Below are positions 11,865-26,069 of a DNA stretch of 64,000 nucleotides, in pieces. Position 1 is the first letter of the stretch. Each line of letters begins with the position of its first letter. Made by a program: the position numbers and the translations under genes. Source of the stretch: Chiloscyllium plagiosum (lineage: Eukaryota). Under the pieces are notes generated by a model. The model did no database searches, was not told the origin of the DNA, and saw only the letters and a program-made list of their open reading frames with translations. The DNA lies in the NCBI RefSeq assembly GCF_004010195.1, contig NC_057718.1:48988021-49052020 (forward strand), read 5' to 3'.

Positions 11865-11990
11865 ACCTAGGAAAGGTTTAGAGGGATATGGATCAAATAC
11901 AGGCAAGTGGGACTAGTTTAGTTTGGGAAACTTGTTCGGCATGGACGAGTTAGACCGAAGGTTCTGTTTCTGTTCTGTATGTCTCTATGT
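11865..11990 (+). mobile_element. CR1 3' tail
   Basis: GGTTTAGAGGGATATGG...GACCGAAGGTTCTGTTTC...CTCTATG, as at 4770-4900 and 30200-30325. Confidence 0.85.
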
Positions 11991-12334
11991 CAACGTTCCT
12001 TCTGAGAAGTCAATATCAGAGCACTCAGAAAGATGCACAAGCTTGAATATTCACAGCCTGTTAGTGAGTTAATTAGGTTTTCAACTGGCACTCCATAATT
12101 TCCAAGTTACCATGAACAAATCTGATGGCTGGGACTGCTGTGGAAAATGTATCAAAGATCACAATTCTTTCCAATCTCTGCTCAGCCAGACTCTGCTGCT
12201 AGGTACTGACTGGCGTCAGTGAAAGGAAAACTATTAGAGATGTATCAGTAACTTCAGTACTGACCGAACTGCCACACTCAAAACACTATAACTAGTGGTT
12301 GGTAGCACAGGTAATTATGAGAGTGCTTCATAGA

Positions 12335-12540
12335 AGACTGAATGGACTCACAAACTCTTAATATTCGCTTGCACCTGTGTATTTGTTTTTGTCGCTGTTT
12401 ACCTATTATTTACTTATCTATGCTACTTAACTATGTGATCTGCCTGTATTGCTCGCAAGATAAAGCTTTTCACTGTACCTCGGTACAAGTGAAAATAAAT
12501 GTAATTCAATTCAATTCAATTCAATTCATTCAACTCAATT
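12335..12540 (+). mobile_element. Rex1/Babar LINE 3' UTR with (ATTCA)n tail
   Basis: GCTTTTCACTGTACCTCGGTACAAGTGAAAATAAA followed by ATTCA repeats. Similar to the 3' end at ~39900-39955. Confidence 0.7.
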
Positions 12541-13779
12541 GACAGTGTGATTCTCTCCATGTAGCTTCAAGAATGATCTTCAACTGAGCCCATGTAAGTG
12601 ATTATCAATACCACACAAGCTTTGGTTGCAAAATATTGTTATCTTAAACAGAATTGCAATTCCTTCATTGTGGCTTACAACCTGCCACTGATCTCCAGCA
12701 AGCTAGTCTGCAGCCGAGAGGTAGCAGACCTGCCCAGGAATGGGTGAAGGTAAGGGGGAGGGGTGGGGGAGCACTATTTCAAGTTTTCCTATTTTTTGCC
12801 AGTCACACTCTTGGCAGCCAGATGTGCTGCTTCACATCCTGATGGCTGAGTCTGTTTCCGAACAGTAATGGCTTGGGAACTTGGACTGGAGCAGTATGAC
12901 AGCAAAGGAACAGCCTCCAGGAAATCTGGCACATGTCTGCATGTATCCATATACCACTTGTTAAAAGCTATGGCTTGTTCAGGTACTTGTTGGAGCATAA
13001 ATTCACATATTACCTCTGTTCAATCATTGGCATCATACGACTGTGCAGGAAATCTTCCAGTTGATGCATTTGAGTTGGATTATGATCATTATTATCTTTT
13101 CCTCTGAGTTTAAATGTACACCTGACACCAATGCACCTGCTCCTGCCTGTTCAAATTTCCCCAGAATAACAAGAGACCTTGGACCATGAAAGACACATGT
13201 CTAATGTGACACATTTGTGTGACCCATGCAGGGTAATAGGATACTTCAACAATATGGTCTGGAAAACAGCTACTTAGGTTGAATATAAATAGGGCTGTAC
13301 TTTCACATAATGCACTTGTTGCTTTATTTAGTGAAGTGCAATCTAATTTCAGTCATACCAGAATGTGAGTAAACTCTGATTGGACAAAATAGTCTCAACT
13401 GGGAGTATCACTGGTACATAGGCAGTGACATAATCATTTGATGTTAGTTCCCAATTCTAATGTTGTTAGAAGCACCAAAAAGAAAAGAAAATTGATAAAT
13501 ATATAGACTGGCAAAACAACAGGAATACTTAATATTCAGACCAGGGTCTGGCTAAAATGTAGATTTTTATATAAAGCATATTTATCAGCATTGAACAGAG
13601 AACCACACGTGATACTGTTAGCGGTGTAGGACAGAATGTCCAAGCTGCTGTACGTGGGCAGTATTTAGACCTTCAATCCCACACAACTGTGTTTTATAAT
13701 CACTTATATATTCTAATCACTGACGTTTCCTCTTCAAAATTCGTGGGCCCATTCATCAATAACTCTCCTCCCTAGTTTC

Positions 13780-14595
13780 TCTCTTAGCAAAGCATATAAC
13801 CTGAGCACTTTAGAATGCCATATTTTATTCACTGCTGACTTCCACCTTCGTGGAATTACTTTAATCCATTATTACATTTTCCCACCATCCACTCAATTAC
13901 TTCAGTGATTTTGTTTCTGCTCTCTTGACATTCAGTTTCTATAGATTACGTTTTGTCCAAAACACTGCTGCATTGATTCCATTCTTAAACTTTCCTGCTT
14001 AGTTAACACACTAATGTCAGTATTCACAAATCTATATTGGTTGCCTTCTAGATTGAATTTAAAACCTTCTTATCCGCAACCTCAGCTCGACATTACTACA
14101 AATATTAGCAGCATTAAGTTTCTTTCTATATTTCTTGGTATTCCAGAGAAAGTAAAAGCAGTAGAAGTGCAAATGGTCACTGGTCATGACCATTTCATGC
14201 TTGTTTCCATTTAACTACCGTTTATTTGACATCATGTCATGACATCCACTTCATACACTTTAAAATGGATCTCTTGTATGACCAATCCATTCATTTTGAG
14301 CAATACTGCTGTGTTTAACTGGGTTTTCTCTCTGAATGCCTCTGGCCTCCTGTGCCATCGCATTTTGCTTATATGTCTCTAATTACTGAACTTTCAACTG
14401 TCTTGATCCTACTTGAAACTCCTACATCAAGCCCTTCCATCAACACATCTTTGAAAACTACCTCTTCGATTTAACAGTTGATCGATTCCCTTAACCATTC
14501 CACAAAGGCTTAATATGTTTTCCTTTTCCCTTCTGTGATGCACCTTGTGCCATTTTATTATGTTGGAGACACAACATAAATACAAGCTGTCATTG
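13780..14595 (+). mobile_element. ancient L2 LINE 3' fragment
   Basis: Decayed VQNTAA...LYWLP.RxNLK motifs and an L2-type 3' end (TGTGATGCACCTTGTGCCATTTTATTATGTT...ATAAATACAAGCTGT). Confidence 0.6.
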
Positions 14596-15552
14596 TGGAA
14601 ACCTTTTAAACCATCTTCCTGATGTGAAATTTGGGTGGGTGTCTCCTCTAGACTTTACTTATTCATTTTAAGAAGTAGAAAGGTGTAGGAAGCATTTCAT
14701 CAATTACTGCCATAATGGTCTAAACCATTTCATTTTCACATGATACAACAATTATTTCATAGTAATAATAGTGGAAGTTAGCAGTTATCCCTAGCATTCA
14801 AAACCTGAAAGTATTAACTGAATACTTTTCACCTGTGTCCAGTAGTTTTGTAACAGTGACAATGGAGACAATGATATGAAAACATTTCATTGGTTAACAG
14901 ATTGTTGTTGAACATTGCCATAGTAAGATTTTTTTTCAGGTAACATATATCTAATATTTTACTTACCTCGTACATAGGAAATCATCGCAGAGTAAATGTG
15001 CCAGATTGACAAAACATTATTGACAAATACAGAATAATTTATGAACATTACTATGGGTATATACAATTTATTTGTGAACAAATTCTTCATTCAAAAATTG
15101 TCATCACTTATCAGCATTCAAATGTCAATGAGTCAAAGCCTTGCATTCTCTTTTTCTGTTACAGCTAATAATTTTTGATTGACATGTCACTGTGTTTATG
15201 CACCATAATGTTTTCACTTTTATGATTGTGTTCAATTTGTTGATTAGTCCTGACTCAATTCAAGTTACAAACGCTGAAACTCTTGTGCAGGCTTCTTATT
15301 TTGTTCATAAGTCACCTTTCACGCCTTTGAACAGCCCTTAGACCATTTAATTTTGCTACTGAGATGTACTTCTGAAAATTATAAATGCACAATTACCCCC
15401 AAAATCCTTTAAAATTCTCAAGTCTAAATATATGATCCCTGGTTCCTTAATCCATAATAAAAATGAACAAACATTCCCACCAGAGCACATGAAACATATA
15501 GAGTCTGGAAAATAGCATATCTTATTTTCAATTTGGTAGGTTAGTATAACTA

Positions 15553-15645
15553 CAATAAAAACAGAAAGCACTGGGAAAATCCAGTAGGTCTAGCAACATC
15601 TGCAGAGAGAGAGAGACAGAATTGACATTTGGAGTTGAATGTTGC
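15553..15645 (-). mobile_element. Penelope-terminus remnant
   Basis: AAAAACAGAAAGCACTGGGAAAATCCAGTAGGTCTAGCAACATCTG is the reverse complement of the tail seen at 3150-3200. Confidence 0.65.
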
Positions 15646-16486
15646 TTCATTTGCACTCCAAGTAAAAGGGGAACATTCATAAAACCTTTGAGTTTAATCA
15701 GCAAAATCAATTTGATGATAAATCACATTTATAAAATATATCAAATTTTACATAAGGCTTGCACTGTGCTTGTTTTTCTACATCATTCCATTTAAACAGA
15801 AAATGGTTTCTTATAGCTAAATAGTTCCATTGCTTAGCCAAACCTATGAAAATAGGTAAAGCATTTATCGTATTCTTGAGAATTTTAGATTGAAGATGGG
15901 AAGAAATTGAAGTCAGGCTGAAAGGTTTGACTGCCCAGGATATATCTCTCTACGCCTGCTATTGTTAACTGAAATATCTATAATCTAGATCAGCTACCTG
16001 AAATTATCAGGGGAGATGCAGTTGCAGAATTGTACCATCTGCTGCAAGCTAACCTGCCATTAACATCAAACAAAGAGACAGTATCCATCAAGGTCACAAC
16101 TGTTCCATCATTAACTTGTATGCCTCTCAGTTCTTCCAACCTTCCTGAGGGAATATGTGAAACATCAATAAATCAGCATTTCATAAATGCTTCAAGCAGG
16201 TTACTAATCCTTTGTTGACTCAAATGAACATCTTCATTACTTTCCTCTGATAAAGCAGCAATGATGAAATGGTACAAGTACAAGACAGGATTCTCCAAAG
16301 CCGAGATGTATTTAATGACACTTATGTTGACATTCTGGCATTTGTCATGCTACCTACCATTCATAAAGCATTTTCACTTCATTAAAGCTGAAGTGATCAG
16401 GAACCAGAATCATGGACAATAACAAGGAATATTTTCTTTATAAGATTTCAGTGTATGGAAACACTCTGCGCCTGAGTTATTTTAAA

Positions 16487-16689
16487 GAATCAGAAAATCC
16501 TTACAGTATGGCAGCAGGCTATTCGGCCCATCAAATTCACTGACCCTCCGAACAGCATCCCACCCAGGCCCGCTCCCCTATCTTATCCCTGTAACTCTGC
16601 ATTTCCCTTAACTAATCCACATAACCTGCACATCCCTGGGCACCATGGACAATTTAGCCTGGCCAATCGACATAAGCTGCACATCTTTG
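16487..16689 (-). mobile_element. V-SINE (HE1-like), 5'-truncated
   Basis: Body and CR1-like tail are shared with the full copies at 18020 and 27245. Confidence 0.8.
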
Positions 16690-16955
16690 AAGGAGAACAG
16701 TTTAAAGTGAGCTGTAAAATAAGTGAAGTAAAGAAAACCTTTTTTTCACTCAGTGAGTAGTTAGGGTATGGAAAGCACTGCCTGGAAATGTGGTGGAGGG
16801 ACATTTAATTGAGGCATTTAAGAGGATGATAAAAACAATGCACAAGGCTATGGAGGGAGAAAGTAGATTGTCACTCGGTAATGATGCTCATTTAACCAGC
16901 CAGTGGAGGCATAACCAGTCTTCTAGTGTGCTGTAATACTACTGTGATTCTGTGA
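16690..16955 (+). mobile_element. old CR1 3' end
   Basis: FFTQxVVRVWKALP followed by a GATTCTGTGA tail. Confidence 0.7.
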
Positions 16956-16959
16956 ACAG

Positions 16960-18500
16960 CTAACGTCCAGCCACTGATCTTTATGCTGCCCCACCAGTCA
17001 CAGCCTGCCAATGTGAGAATGATTTATTTGTCTCTGCTCTGTTTTCTGCTTGATAGCCAATCCTAATCTATTTTAGTACATTACCTCTTATCCTTTATGA
17101 TATAGATTTTCTAAGCAACTTTTCATGGGAGATATTATCAAAAATGTTCTGAATTTGTAAGTATACTATGTCAACCAATTCCCCTTTATCAATTCTGTTA
17201 ACAACATTCTCAAAAGATTCACCAAACACCATCTCCCTTTCGCAGATTCATGCTGGTAATGACCAATCAGATGATTATTATGCAAGTGTTTCTTTATTAC
17301 ATCTCTTAAAATATATTCTATCATATTCCCTACTATTGTTAAACAGTTAGCAAGTCTGCGGTTCATTGTTTTCTCTCTTTGCACCTTCTTAAATAGTGGG
17401 GTGACACTTGTTATCGTCCAAAATGCAAGAACCATTCCCGAATCAATTTTGGTGAATGATCAACAATGTATCCATTATCCCCACAGCTATCTTTCTCAAC
17501 CTTCTGAGATTAGAATATCAAGACTCTGGGATGTATCAATTTTCAGTTCCATTAATTTCTCTAACACAACTTTCTTACTAATTTCGTTCACTACCTCATT
17601 CTCCCTTATCCTTTGTATCTCTCTTTCTAGAACATATATTGCATCTTCTTCAGTGAAGATAGACACAATGTAAACATTTGTTATCTCTGTTGTGTATTAC
17701 TCATTGTACATTCTCCTGAATCTACTGTTGTCTGAGCCAAATGTTTTCTTTTGATGTACCTGGAGAAGCTTTTACAGTCTGTTTTAATGTCGTTGGCTAG
17801 TTTCCATTCAAACTATAGTCTCCCTTTCTTCATAAGTTCTGTTTCTAGGTTCCTCCTTAGCTGTATTCTAAATACTTCCCAATTCTCATGTTCATTCTCT
17901 TTTTAATAGCTTTATGAGGCTTTTCCTAAAATGTTACATAATTCTTAGCATTTTTCATTGGCATGGCTGACTAACCTTTGTTTGGGATTGTCCATCTTGA
18001 AAGAATGTGTAGTTTTTTAAGATTAGATTCCCTACTGTGCGGAAACAGGCCCTTCGGCCCAACCAGTCCACATCGACCCTCAATGCACTTAACACTACGG
18101 GCAATTTAGCATGGCCAATTCACCTGACCTGTACATCTTTGGACTGTGGGAGGAAACTGGAGCACCCGGAGGAAACTGATGCAGACACGGGGAGAATGTG
18201 CAAACTCCACACAGGCAGTCGCCCGAGGCTGGAATCGAACCTGGGACCCTGGTGCTATGAGGCAGCAGTGCTAACCACTGAGCCACTGTGCCACCCCAAA
18301 GTTGATGTACCCTCTGTAATAATTATTTAAAGACTACCTATTGTCTGTGTACTATCATCCCTTTCAATGTCTTCTTTCGATCCAACTCAGCCAATTTGCT
18401 CCCATACCTTCACAATTACTTTTGAACAAATTTACCACCAAAGCTTCAGATGAAGCTCCTTCACTTTCAAACATGACGTAAAATTCTATAATTACATAAT
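16960..18500 (-). mobile_element. old CR1 ORF2 fragment, interrupted by the SINE at 18020
   Basis: ORF 17166-17435 (VTPLFKK...QHESAKGRWCLVNLL) corresponds to CR1 RT (VTPLFKKG...QHGFxKGRSCLTNL). Confidence 0.78.
18020..18297 (-). mobile_element. V-SINE (HE1-like tRNA-derived SINE)
   Basis: Pol III A box TGGCTCAGTGG, B box GGTTCGATTCC, V-domain GTGGAGTTTGCACATTCTCCCCGTGTCTGC, CR1-like tail. Confidence 0.93.
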
Positions 18501-19496
18501 AGTATTGTGACCTTTTTCATTGTTGAATGGTTTAAGTGTGGATGAGAAGTGTCTGTTGCAATTACTTTTCTGGTGTTGAGTTAAATAAATGTTAATCATC
18601 TATTTTAGTTGTAATCTATCAGAAAACTTGTTTGGTATCTAATCTTAAGCAACATAGCATTCAAAGAATTAAAACCTTATTTTTCTAAAATACAGCTTGT
18701 CATGGTCAATTAAGAGGTGGGGAAAAGTGAAAAATTATAGCACGTTTTTCCCCAATCTGCAACAATAAGGATACCCTCTATAGCCATGGCCAATGATATC
18801 TTTACAGCTTCCATTACCACACAATGGAGCAGCATATAGGGTCAGGCTTTCACGTGCATCAATACAGCAGTTCATCATAAGTGAATACACAAACATGCAT
18901 GAAGCAAACAACTTTTATAACAAGCATTTGTACATGGTCCTTGTTGCTTTCATTTCTTCACCTGCATCCCTAGGACAATATGAGAAGTGATCAATGTTGA
19001 AAGCTGATTAACAATTTCACAAGCCATGATTATGAATCTTGCTTCCAATTTGGTTATCTTGTTTATCCCTGAGACATATTAGTTATTTTTTAAGTAGTAG
19101 GAAGTCTTAGGAATTCCCAGAAAAAAATATAATGAAGAGATCCACCCATAGCTCCTGTATTAGGATTTGGAATTGGCACTTGCTGAGTCAGTGGTGAGAT
19201 TGTATCACATCTGAAAAACTCATTTTCAGATATCTTAAAAACTATCTAATTGATTATACACTTAGTTACCTCTTATAATGTACCTGTCTTCTTCCAGGGG
19301 ATGTGCCTTAATTTGTTTCTAAATTAAATCCTCTAAAATAAATGTAAATTATTATCATCATATAAGTATTCAAAATGCTATAAAATAGTGTTGAGTTTTA
19401 TAGACGGGGCAGCAGTTAATGGTATGAGAAAATAGTTACCTTAGCTGTGACCCCTCCATTTTCTTACTTACATGCTGCTTTGCATGGACATTATCC

Positions 19497-19668
19497 AAAA
19501 ACACAAAAAACTGCAGATGCTGGAAATCAGAAACAACAAAAAAACAGAAATTGCTGGAAAAACTCAGAGTTCTGAAGAAGGATCGCTGGACCTGAAACAT
19601 TAACTCTGCTTTCTCTCCACAAATGTTGCCAGACCTATTGAGGTTTTCCAGTAATTTCTGTTTTTTGA
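19497..19668. mobile_element. short Penelope-derived palindromic element with family C hammerhead
   Basis: Inverted tail segments flank AGTT-CTGAAGA-AGGATC GCT GGACCT-GAAA-CATT-AACT (19568-19605). Confidence 0.8.
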
Positions 19669-19699
19669 TCCATAAGTACAATGCCAGTCTTTCAATGCT

Positions 19700-20030
19700 T
19701 AGCTTGATGAGAACATCTAGCTTCCACTCACCACCATCTCTCAACCCATCTACTGACTCTGATTTGTCATACTATCTGCTATCCATTTTTGATAAACAAA
19801 TACTACTCTCCTCCTAAATAATGCAAAGACCAAAATTATTGACATCAAGTTCCACCACAAATGTTGTTCCATAGCCCCACATGCAATCCCTTACTTGACC
19901 ACTGTCTGAAGGTGAATATTTGCAACCTTTTGATCCTACTTGATCCTGAGATGAGTTTTGACCTCATAGACCATCTACGTTTACCTCCATAACATTTCCT
20001 ATCTCCATTCTTGCCTCAGTCTGAGGGAAT
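19700..20030 (+). mobile_element. ancient L2 fragment
   Basis: Decayed RT C-terminal region (QLY.S...LN..KT..I), similar to 56500-56800. Confidence 0.45.
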
Positions 20031-20809
20031 TGTACATGGAATTCAATTGTGCTAATTACATTAACATTTAAAAGAATTATGTTCAATTATAGTCAGTGGT
20101 GCTTATGTTTGAATTTTCATTTTGTAACAAATTAGACAAGTGAGGGACCTCAGGATGAATAGTTTTATGCTTTTAAACCATTATGCCTCTGCAATAAATT
20201 TAGTGAGAAAAAAATGGTTTGGACTACAATTGTTAAAGTATGTTTATAAATATTGCTAGCTTCAGACCTTGTCAAGAAACTATGCGGACTTTGCTTAAAA
20301 TTTAACCTTGGATATCCAGGCTTTGGTGGCATAGGACAACAGTTTAATTAAATCAAAGAACTATATAAGGAAAGCACATGAGGCCATAAGGCAACAAGAT
20401 GCGAGTATTGCTTAGTAGACAATAGTAAGACATCTTGGATCACTCACGGACTGTAACATGCTTGGAACAATCATCAGCTAGAAAAAGATCCTACACAAGG
20501 GAGCACTCATATCCAGAACAGGATAAAAGGAAACAGTCATTAATCTGTCTTTTTGACAAAGAGTAACGCCACAGTGAAAGATCCACGACCATGTGAAAAT
20601 GTCTTAGCAAGACAAAGAGAAGAAGCAGGGTTCAGGCTGAGTGACATTTTCCACATCAAGGTTAATAATGGAAATGTAATCTGTAGTAACTCTCACATTT
20701 TTGTCATTTTGTCACACATCACACATTCTTATGTTTGATAAATTCTTCTAAGTTGCCAGAAATTTATTGGATCCCCTGTTGACCTGCTTCATCAAACCCA
20801 AGAATGCTC

Positions 20810-21625
20810 ACATCAGCTCATCTGCTGCTGAAATTCTCACACATATCATTGCTACCTCCTGAGTTGACTACTTCAATGCTGCTGGCCAAACCAGCATTTA
20901 TTACTCATCCCCAGCCGCCCTTGAGAAGGTGGTGATGAACTGTATTCTGGAACAGCTGCAGTCCATGTATTTTGCATAAACCACGATGCCTTTAAGGAGG
21001 GAATTCTGGGATTTTGACCTTATGCCATTGAAGGAATCAGACATAGTTTCAAGTCAGGATGGGGTGAGTAGCTTGGAGATCAATTTTCAAGTGGTGATTT
21101 CCCATTTATCTGCTGCCTCTGTCTTTCTAAATGAAAGTGGTGATGGATTTAGCAATTTCTGTCTAAGGAGCTGTGGTGAATTTCTGCAGTGCATTTTGTA
21201 GATGGTATACACTGCTTCTCATGTGTGTCAGTCCTGGAGGGGGTGAATGTTTGTGGATGTAATGTAAAATCAAGTGGGCTGCTTTGTCTTCGACGGTGAC
21301 AAGGATTTTGAATGTTATTGGAGGTGCACTTATTCAAACAAATGGATGGTAACCTGTCACACTCCTGTCTTGTGCCTTGTAGATGGTGGACAGGCTTTGG
21401 TGAATCAAGAGGTAAATTGCAGGGTTCTTAGTCTTTGATTTGCTCTTATATCTTGCATCTACTGTTCACTTGAAATTTCTGCTGCTTTCATCCTAATTTG
21501 CATTCACCAATCACCTCTATACTTATTAAATCACGTTAACCCTTGTTCAGCAAGGTTTCAATTTTAATATCCTCACCTTTGTTTTCACAACTCATCATGC
21601 CCTCACCTTTCCCTAAGTCTATCTC
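20810..21625 (+). mobile_element. L2 fragment split by a minus-strand LINE piece (~20885-21450)
   Basis: SSSAAEILTHIIATSxVDYFNA matches L2 'AETLIHAFVTSRLDYSNA'. The insert matches the 61360-62000 family. Confidence 0.6.
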
Positions 21626-21679
21626 AGGCAATTTGCTGGCAATTATTTTGATGAACCACACAGACATAGGGAGATTATG

Positions 21680-23660
21680 TGTACAAGGAACAAGATTAGG
21701 TCACTCTACCCTTTGAGCCTGCTCTACCATTTGATAAGATTGTGGCTGATATGATTTTAACCTCAACATTACTGCAGTCCCTGATCAACTTTCATCACCT
21801 TGACAATTCACAATATTTTAATCTCTGCCATAAAAATATTTGAAGATTCTGCATCCACTGCCTTTTGAGGAAGGGAATTCCAAAGATTCATAACCTTTGA
21901 GAGAAAAGAAAAGGTTCTTAAACTCTGTCTTCAAAACGTGCCCCTTATTTTCAAACTGTCACCCCCAGTTCTGGATTCTTTCACAAGAGGAGACACCGTC
22001 TGCACAGCCACGTGTTCAAGGTTCCTCTGGATTTCATGTTTCAATTAAGCCCCCTCTGACTTTTCTAAATGCCAGAGAATACAAGCCTGACCAGTCTAGC
22101 CTTTCCTTATAAGGCAACCCACTCATAAATATTCTTCAAACTGCTTCCAACACTTTAACATCCTTCCATACAGTACTGATGATGTGGTCTCACCAATGCC
22201 CTTTATAACTGAAGCATAATCAATTCCCCTTGCAATAGACCATACCATGCTATTAGCTTTCCTGTTTACATACTGCTCCTGCATACTAACAGCCTGTGAA
22301 TCATACATTTGGACACCCAGGTCTCATTGCAGCCCAGAGCTCTGCAATCTCTCATCATTTGGATAATATGCTTTTTTTTATTCTAACTGCTAAAATGGAC
22401 AATTTCACACTTTCCCACATTTGTCAGATCTTCTTCCAGTCATTTTAGCAATCTATATCCCTTTGTAGATTCCATCTGTCCCTTTCACAACTCATTTTCC
22501 TACCTGTCTTTGGATCATCAGCAAATTTAGCTACCATTTGCCCCTTCATCCCAAATCACATATATATTGTATAGAATTGAGACCCCCGCATCAGCCCCTA
22601 CAACACAGCATTGCCAGCCTGAAAACTATCTGTGTCAATCCTATCTCTTGTCAAAAAGTGTGGTGCTGGAAAAACACAGCTGGTCAGGCAGCATCTGAGG
22701 AGCAGGTGATTGACGTTTTGAACACAAGTTGTTCATCAGGACTGTGGGGGGGGGAGGGGGAGCACAAGGGGGCTGATTGCAATGGTGGATGAAGATGGGG
22801 GGGTGATGGTGATAGGTCGGAGTGGAGGGTGGTGCGGATAGGTGGGAGGGAAGATGAACAGGTAGGATAGCTCAAGAGGGCAGTACCGAGTTGGAGGGTT
22901 AGATCTGGGATAAGATGAGAGGGGAGAGGAGATGAGGAAATGGGGGAAAACGGCATTGATTCTGTGTGGTTGGAGGGTCTCAAGGCAGAAGATAAAGTGT
23001 TTTTCCTCCAGTCGTTGGGTAGCTAGGATTTGGCAGTGGAGCAGACCCAGGACTTGCACGTCCTTGGAGGGTGTTGAAGAGATTGGCCATAGGGGTTGCT
23101 TAGTGCGTGTCCCAGAGATATTCTCTGAAATGTTCCACAAGTTGGCGTCCTGTCTTCCCAATCCTATCTCTACTACATTTACCTTCTGGTAGTTGTTAAG
23201 CTAACTAGCCTGGAGATTCCTGCTTTCTGCCTTCCTACCTTTTTGAATAAAGAAATTACATTAGCTATTTTCTAACCTGAAGGAAATTTCCATGAATCTA
23301 ATGAGCTTTGGATAATTAAAATCAATGCATCAACTGCTTAACTAGCTTATTCTTTTAAGACCCTATGATGTGATCCATCAGGACCTGGGGATTTGTAAAC
23401 TCAGTTCCAACAATTAACTCAGTATTACTTTCCTGCTAATTATCATTTTCTTTAGCCCCTCGCTTCCCTTCAATTCCTGATTTATAGCTTTTAGTAAGCT
23501 ATTTGTATTCTCTCTGGTGAAGATCAACACAAAATAGCCATTCAATTTGTTCTTTTACTTTCTCCTTTACTAGTTTCTCAGATTCATTTTCTATAGAACC
23601 AACACTTACTTTGATAACTCCTTTCTTTTTTAAATACCTGAAGAAGATTCACCTATCTGT
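21680..23660 (-). mobile_element. old CR1 LINE, interrupted by the PLE at 22649-23158
   Basis: RKANSMVWSIARGIDY, KFADDPKTG and KSPGPDGSH motifs on the minus strand. Confidence 0.8.
22649..23158 (-). mobile_element. Penelope-like element 3' part (family A) with 13-bp TSD
   Basis: TSD CAATCCTATCTCT at 22636-22648 and 23159-23171. GIY-YIG tail VLGLLHCQ..ATQRLEEKHFIFCLETLQP. Decayed hammerhead at ~22708-22742. Confidence 0.88.
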
Positions 23661-23694
23661 ATAAATTGTCATCAACTCGCCATAGAATGGATAA

Positions 23695-23808
23695 GGAGAA
23701 AGTGAGGACTGCTTTCCTGATGAAAGGCTTATGCCCAAAACATTGATTCTCCTGCTCCTTTGATGCTGCCTGACCTGCTGTGATTTTCCAGGGTCATACT
23801 TTTCGACA
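23695..23808 (+). mobile_element. short family A Penelope terminus with small 5' inversion and 13-bp TSD
   Basis: ATAGAATGGATAA (23682-23694) and ATAGAATCGATAA (23809-23821) flank CTGATGA-A-AGGC TTAT GCCC-AAAA-CATT. Confidence 0.8.
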
Positions 23809-23859
23809 ATAGAATCGATAACCAAATTAAACAGCCCATTTCAAATTACCACTACTTAC

Positions 23860-24090
23860 AGCAAATAATGTAGAAAGGAGATTTGCTAGAGGTGCCAATA
23901 TCTTGATGGATTTAGGCACTATGGGTAGGGAGAAACTGTTGTTATTGGTAAATGGGTGATTTACTAAGGAATCAGAGATGACACAATGACAAGTCTTTTA
24001 ATGCAGTGAATAGTTATGGTCTGGAGTGACTGCCTGAAAGGGTGGTGGAGTCAGATTTAATTGTGCCTTTTAAAAGGGATAAGTGTTGTA
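23860..24090 (+). mobile_element. old CR1 3' fragment
   Basis: Decayed FxQxIVMVWSxLPERVVESD. Confidence 0.55.
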
Positions 24091-24399
24091 TAAGGTAGTG
24101 GTCCTGAAAGGGTTAGCATTGAATATTACATTAATGTCCTACCAAACCAATTACTTCATACAGTCTTAGATGGATCAAAGAGGAGCCTTTCTCAAAACCC
24201 CAATGAAGATAAATGTGCCATCAGTTTCCTGTAATCTTAAAGTCTTATGTAAATCTAGCCAATGTAACATTCTCCTCTCGGCAATTGTTAAGACAAGTGG
24301 CTCTTCTTATTCAGGCTTATTAATGGTTCATCTGCAATCACTGTTAAAGAAACAGTCCCTTAGACCCGGATAAGTCAATGTTTTGGGTATTAACGCATC

Positions 24400-24525
24400 T
24401 TTAGGACAAGAAGCGTTAATATTTGAAAGGTTGACTTCTCCACTTCCTGATGCTGCCTGGCTCGCTGTGTTCTTCCAGCCTCCTTTGTCTACATTGCATT
24501 CCAGCATCTGCAGTTTTTTTGTCTT
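24400..24525 (+). mobile_element. Penelope-terminus remnant
   Basis: GATGCTGCCTGGCTCGCTGTGTTCTTCCAGC...CCAGCATCTGCAG tail; CCTTAGACC occurs on both sides. Confidence 0.6.
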
Positions 24526-26069
24526 TAGGCCCTTAGACCTGAAACATAAGGAAGGATTGGCTTTTCAAGACTGATAGACAGTGTAGAGGTTGGGCTTTAT
24601 TGGTACCGTATAATGATATTTTGGTTTGACTTTGATAAGTTTCCATTTCCATTCTCTGAGTTTCTGTTGATTGTTATAGATTGCTTTTGTTCTAGTGTCC
24701 AACCAGGATCTGTCTAATCTGCTTCACTTTTCCTTAAAAGAGTAGAAAGGGGGACTGGGGGTACTTTAACAACATGGTTGTGTCCTTACCTTTAAGTCAG
24801 AAAGCTTGGGTAACGTATCTGAGCGGATTAATTAAAAATATCGAGAAAGAAGATTGGTTGCAGCACAGTGCCACAATCATTAGTTACTAATGGGTGGATC
24901 TGCAAAACACACAACAATGAACAATTCTGATCTTAACCATTCTGTGATTCCATTCTGTGTAATAGCAGTCACCACTGGCCATTTTCCTAGGTGTTCCCTG
25001 TTTCTTCTCAGACATTCTTGGAACAGTATCTGGAAATGTCCACTGGCTGGTTTGAAATGGCGAAGGCTTCCTTGATGTATTGTGTGAACCTCTCCATGGA
25101 GTGAATGCTCTGAAGTGCCACATAAAGCAAGATTCCTTTCCCTTGGAGTTCTGAATAGTACAATATTAAGTGTTACTTCTTTAAACCTAGGTGTTGCTTT
25201 TTGGTTCTGTTTGTCAAAAAAAAATGGTGTTTTCATGGTTGCATGGCTGTCATTTAAGTAGTTTTTGTAGCATCAGATATTCAGCTCTTTGTGACTGGCA
25301 AGTTATATGGCATAGCTCACATTGATTATCCAACTATGGTTGACCCCAGAATCTTACCAAGGTCATCTAAGCAGTTAATCTATCCCATTTATGATTGTGC
25401 ACTGCTCTATAAATATCAATTGGCCCAATTTTAGCTCAGAAATGAATGGTCTGTGCTAGAAACTGGGTTAAATGGCAAGCTTGCATGAAGATTCCATATC
25501 TGGCTTTGACAGATTTTAAATCCAACGCCTCATGTCTCACACCTGCAAGAATCCAACATGAAGCACAAGTGGACCAGGTAGATAAAGACCACTGTTGGGG
25601 ATCTGGGGAAATATTGCCCAGTGCTAAACTAAGTGATATGGATGTCCATGGGACATTGTGACTAGAAGGAGTTCTACAATTTTCTTGTGGGGAGCTCTCC
25701 GTCTGGCACACGAAAACAAAACAACAAAACCTGATACATCCCTTTCGGACATTTTATGCCTTTCCCCCGTGAGCTACAGGTTTCAGTGGTGTGACCTTAA
25801 CTGTGCATGATCTTGCATGATCAGCAATTAAATTCATATTGGATTACACAGCAATGAAGCCCCCACCTACCTATTGGAAGGTATCTCTCCAGAATCCATA
25901 AACTGTACAATTAAGATGGTGGCAGGCTGAAACATATTAGAAGCATAATGTGAAGCACACAGCCAGCATTTTAATTGCCCACTCACCATATTGCCATCAG
26001 GCAGGCAGGATGAAAATCAAGTCTTATGTTTCTGAAACATTGATAAGTCATTTGCTTGCAGAACAATTG

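Noticed and set aside
18225..18297. tRNA genes at the heads of repeats (also ~27480-27551, 31011, 40618, 44070, 60990)
   Set aside because: The A and B boxes run directly into V-SINE bodies and no complete cloverleaf is evident; these are SINE heads.
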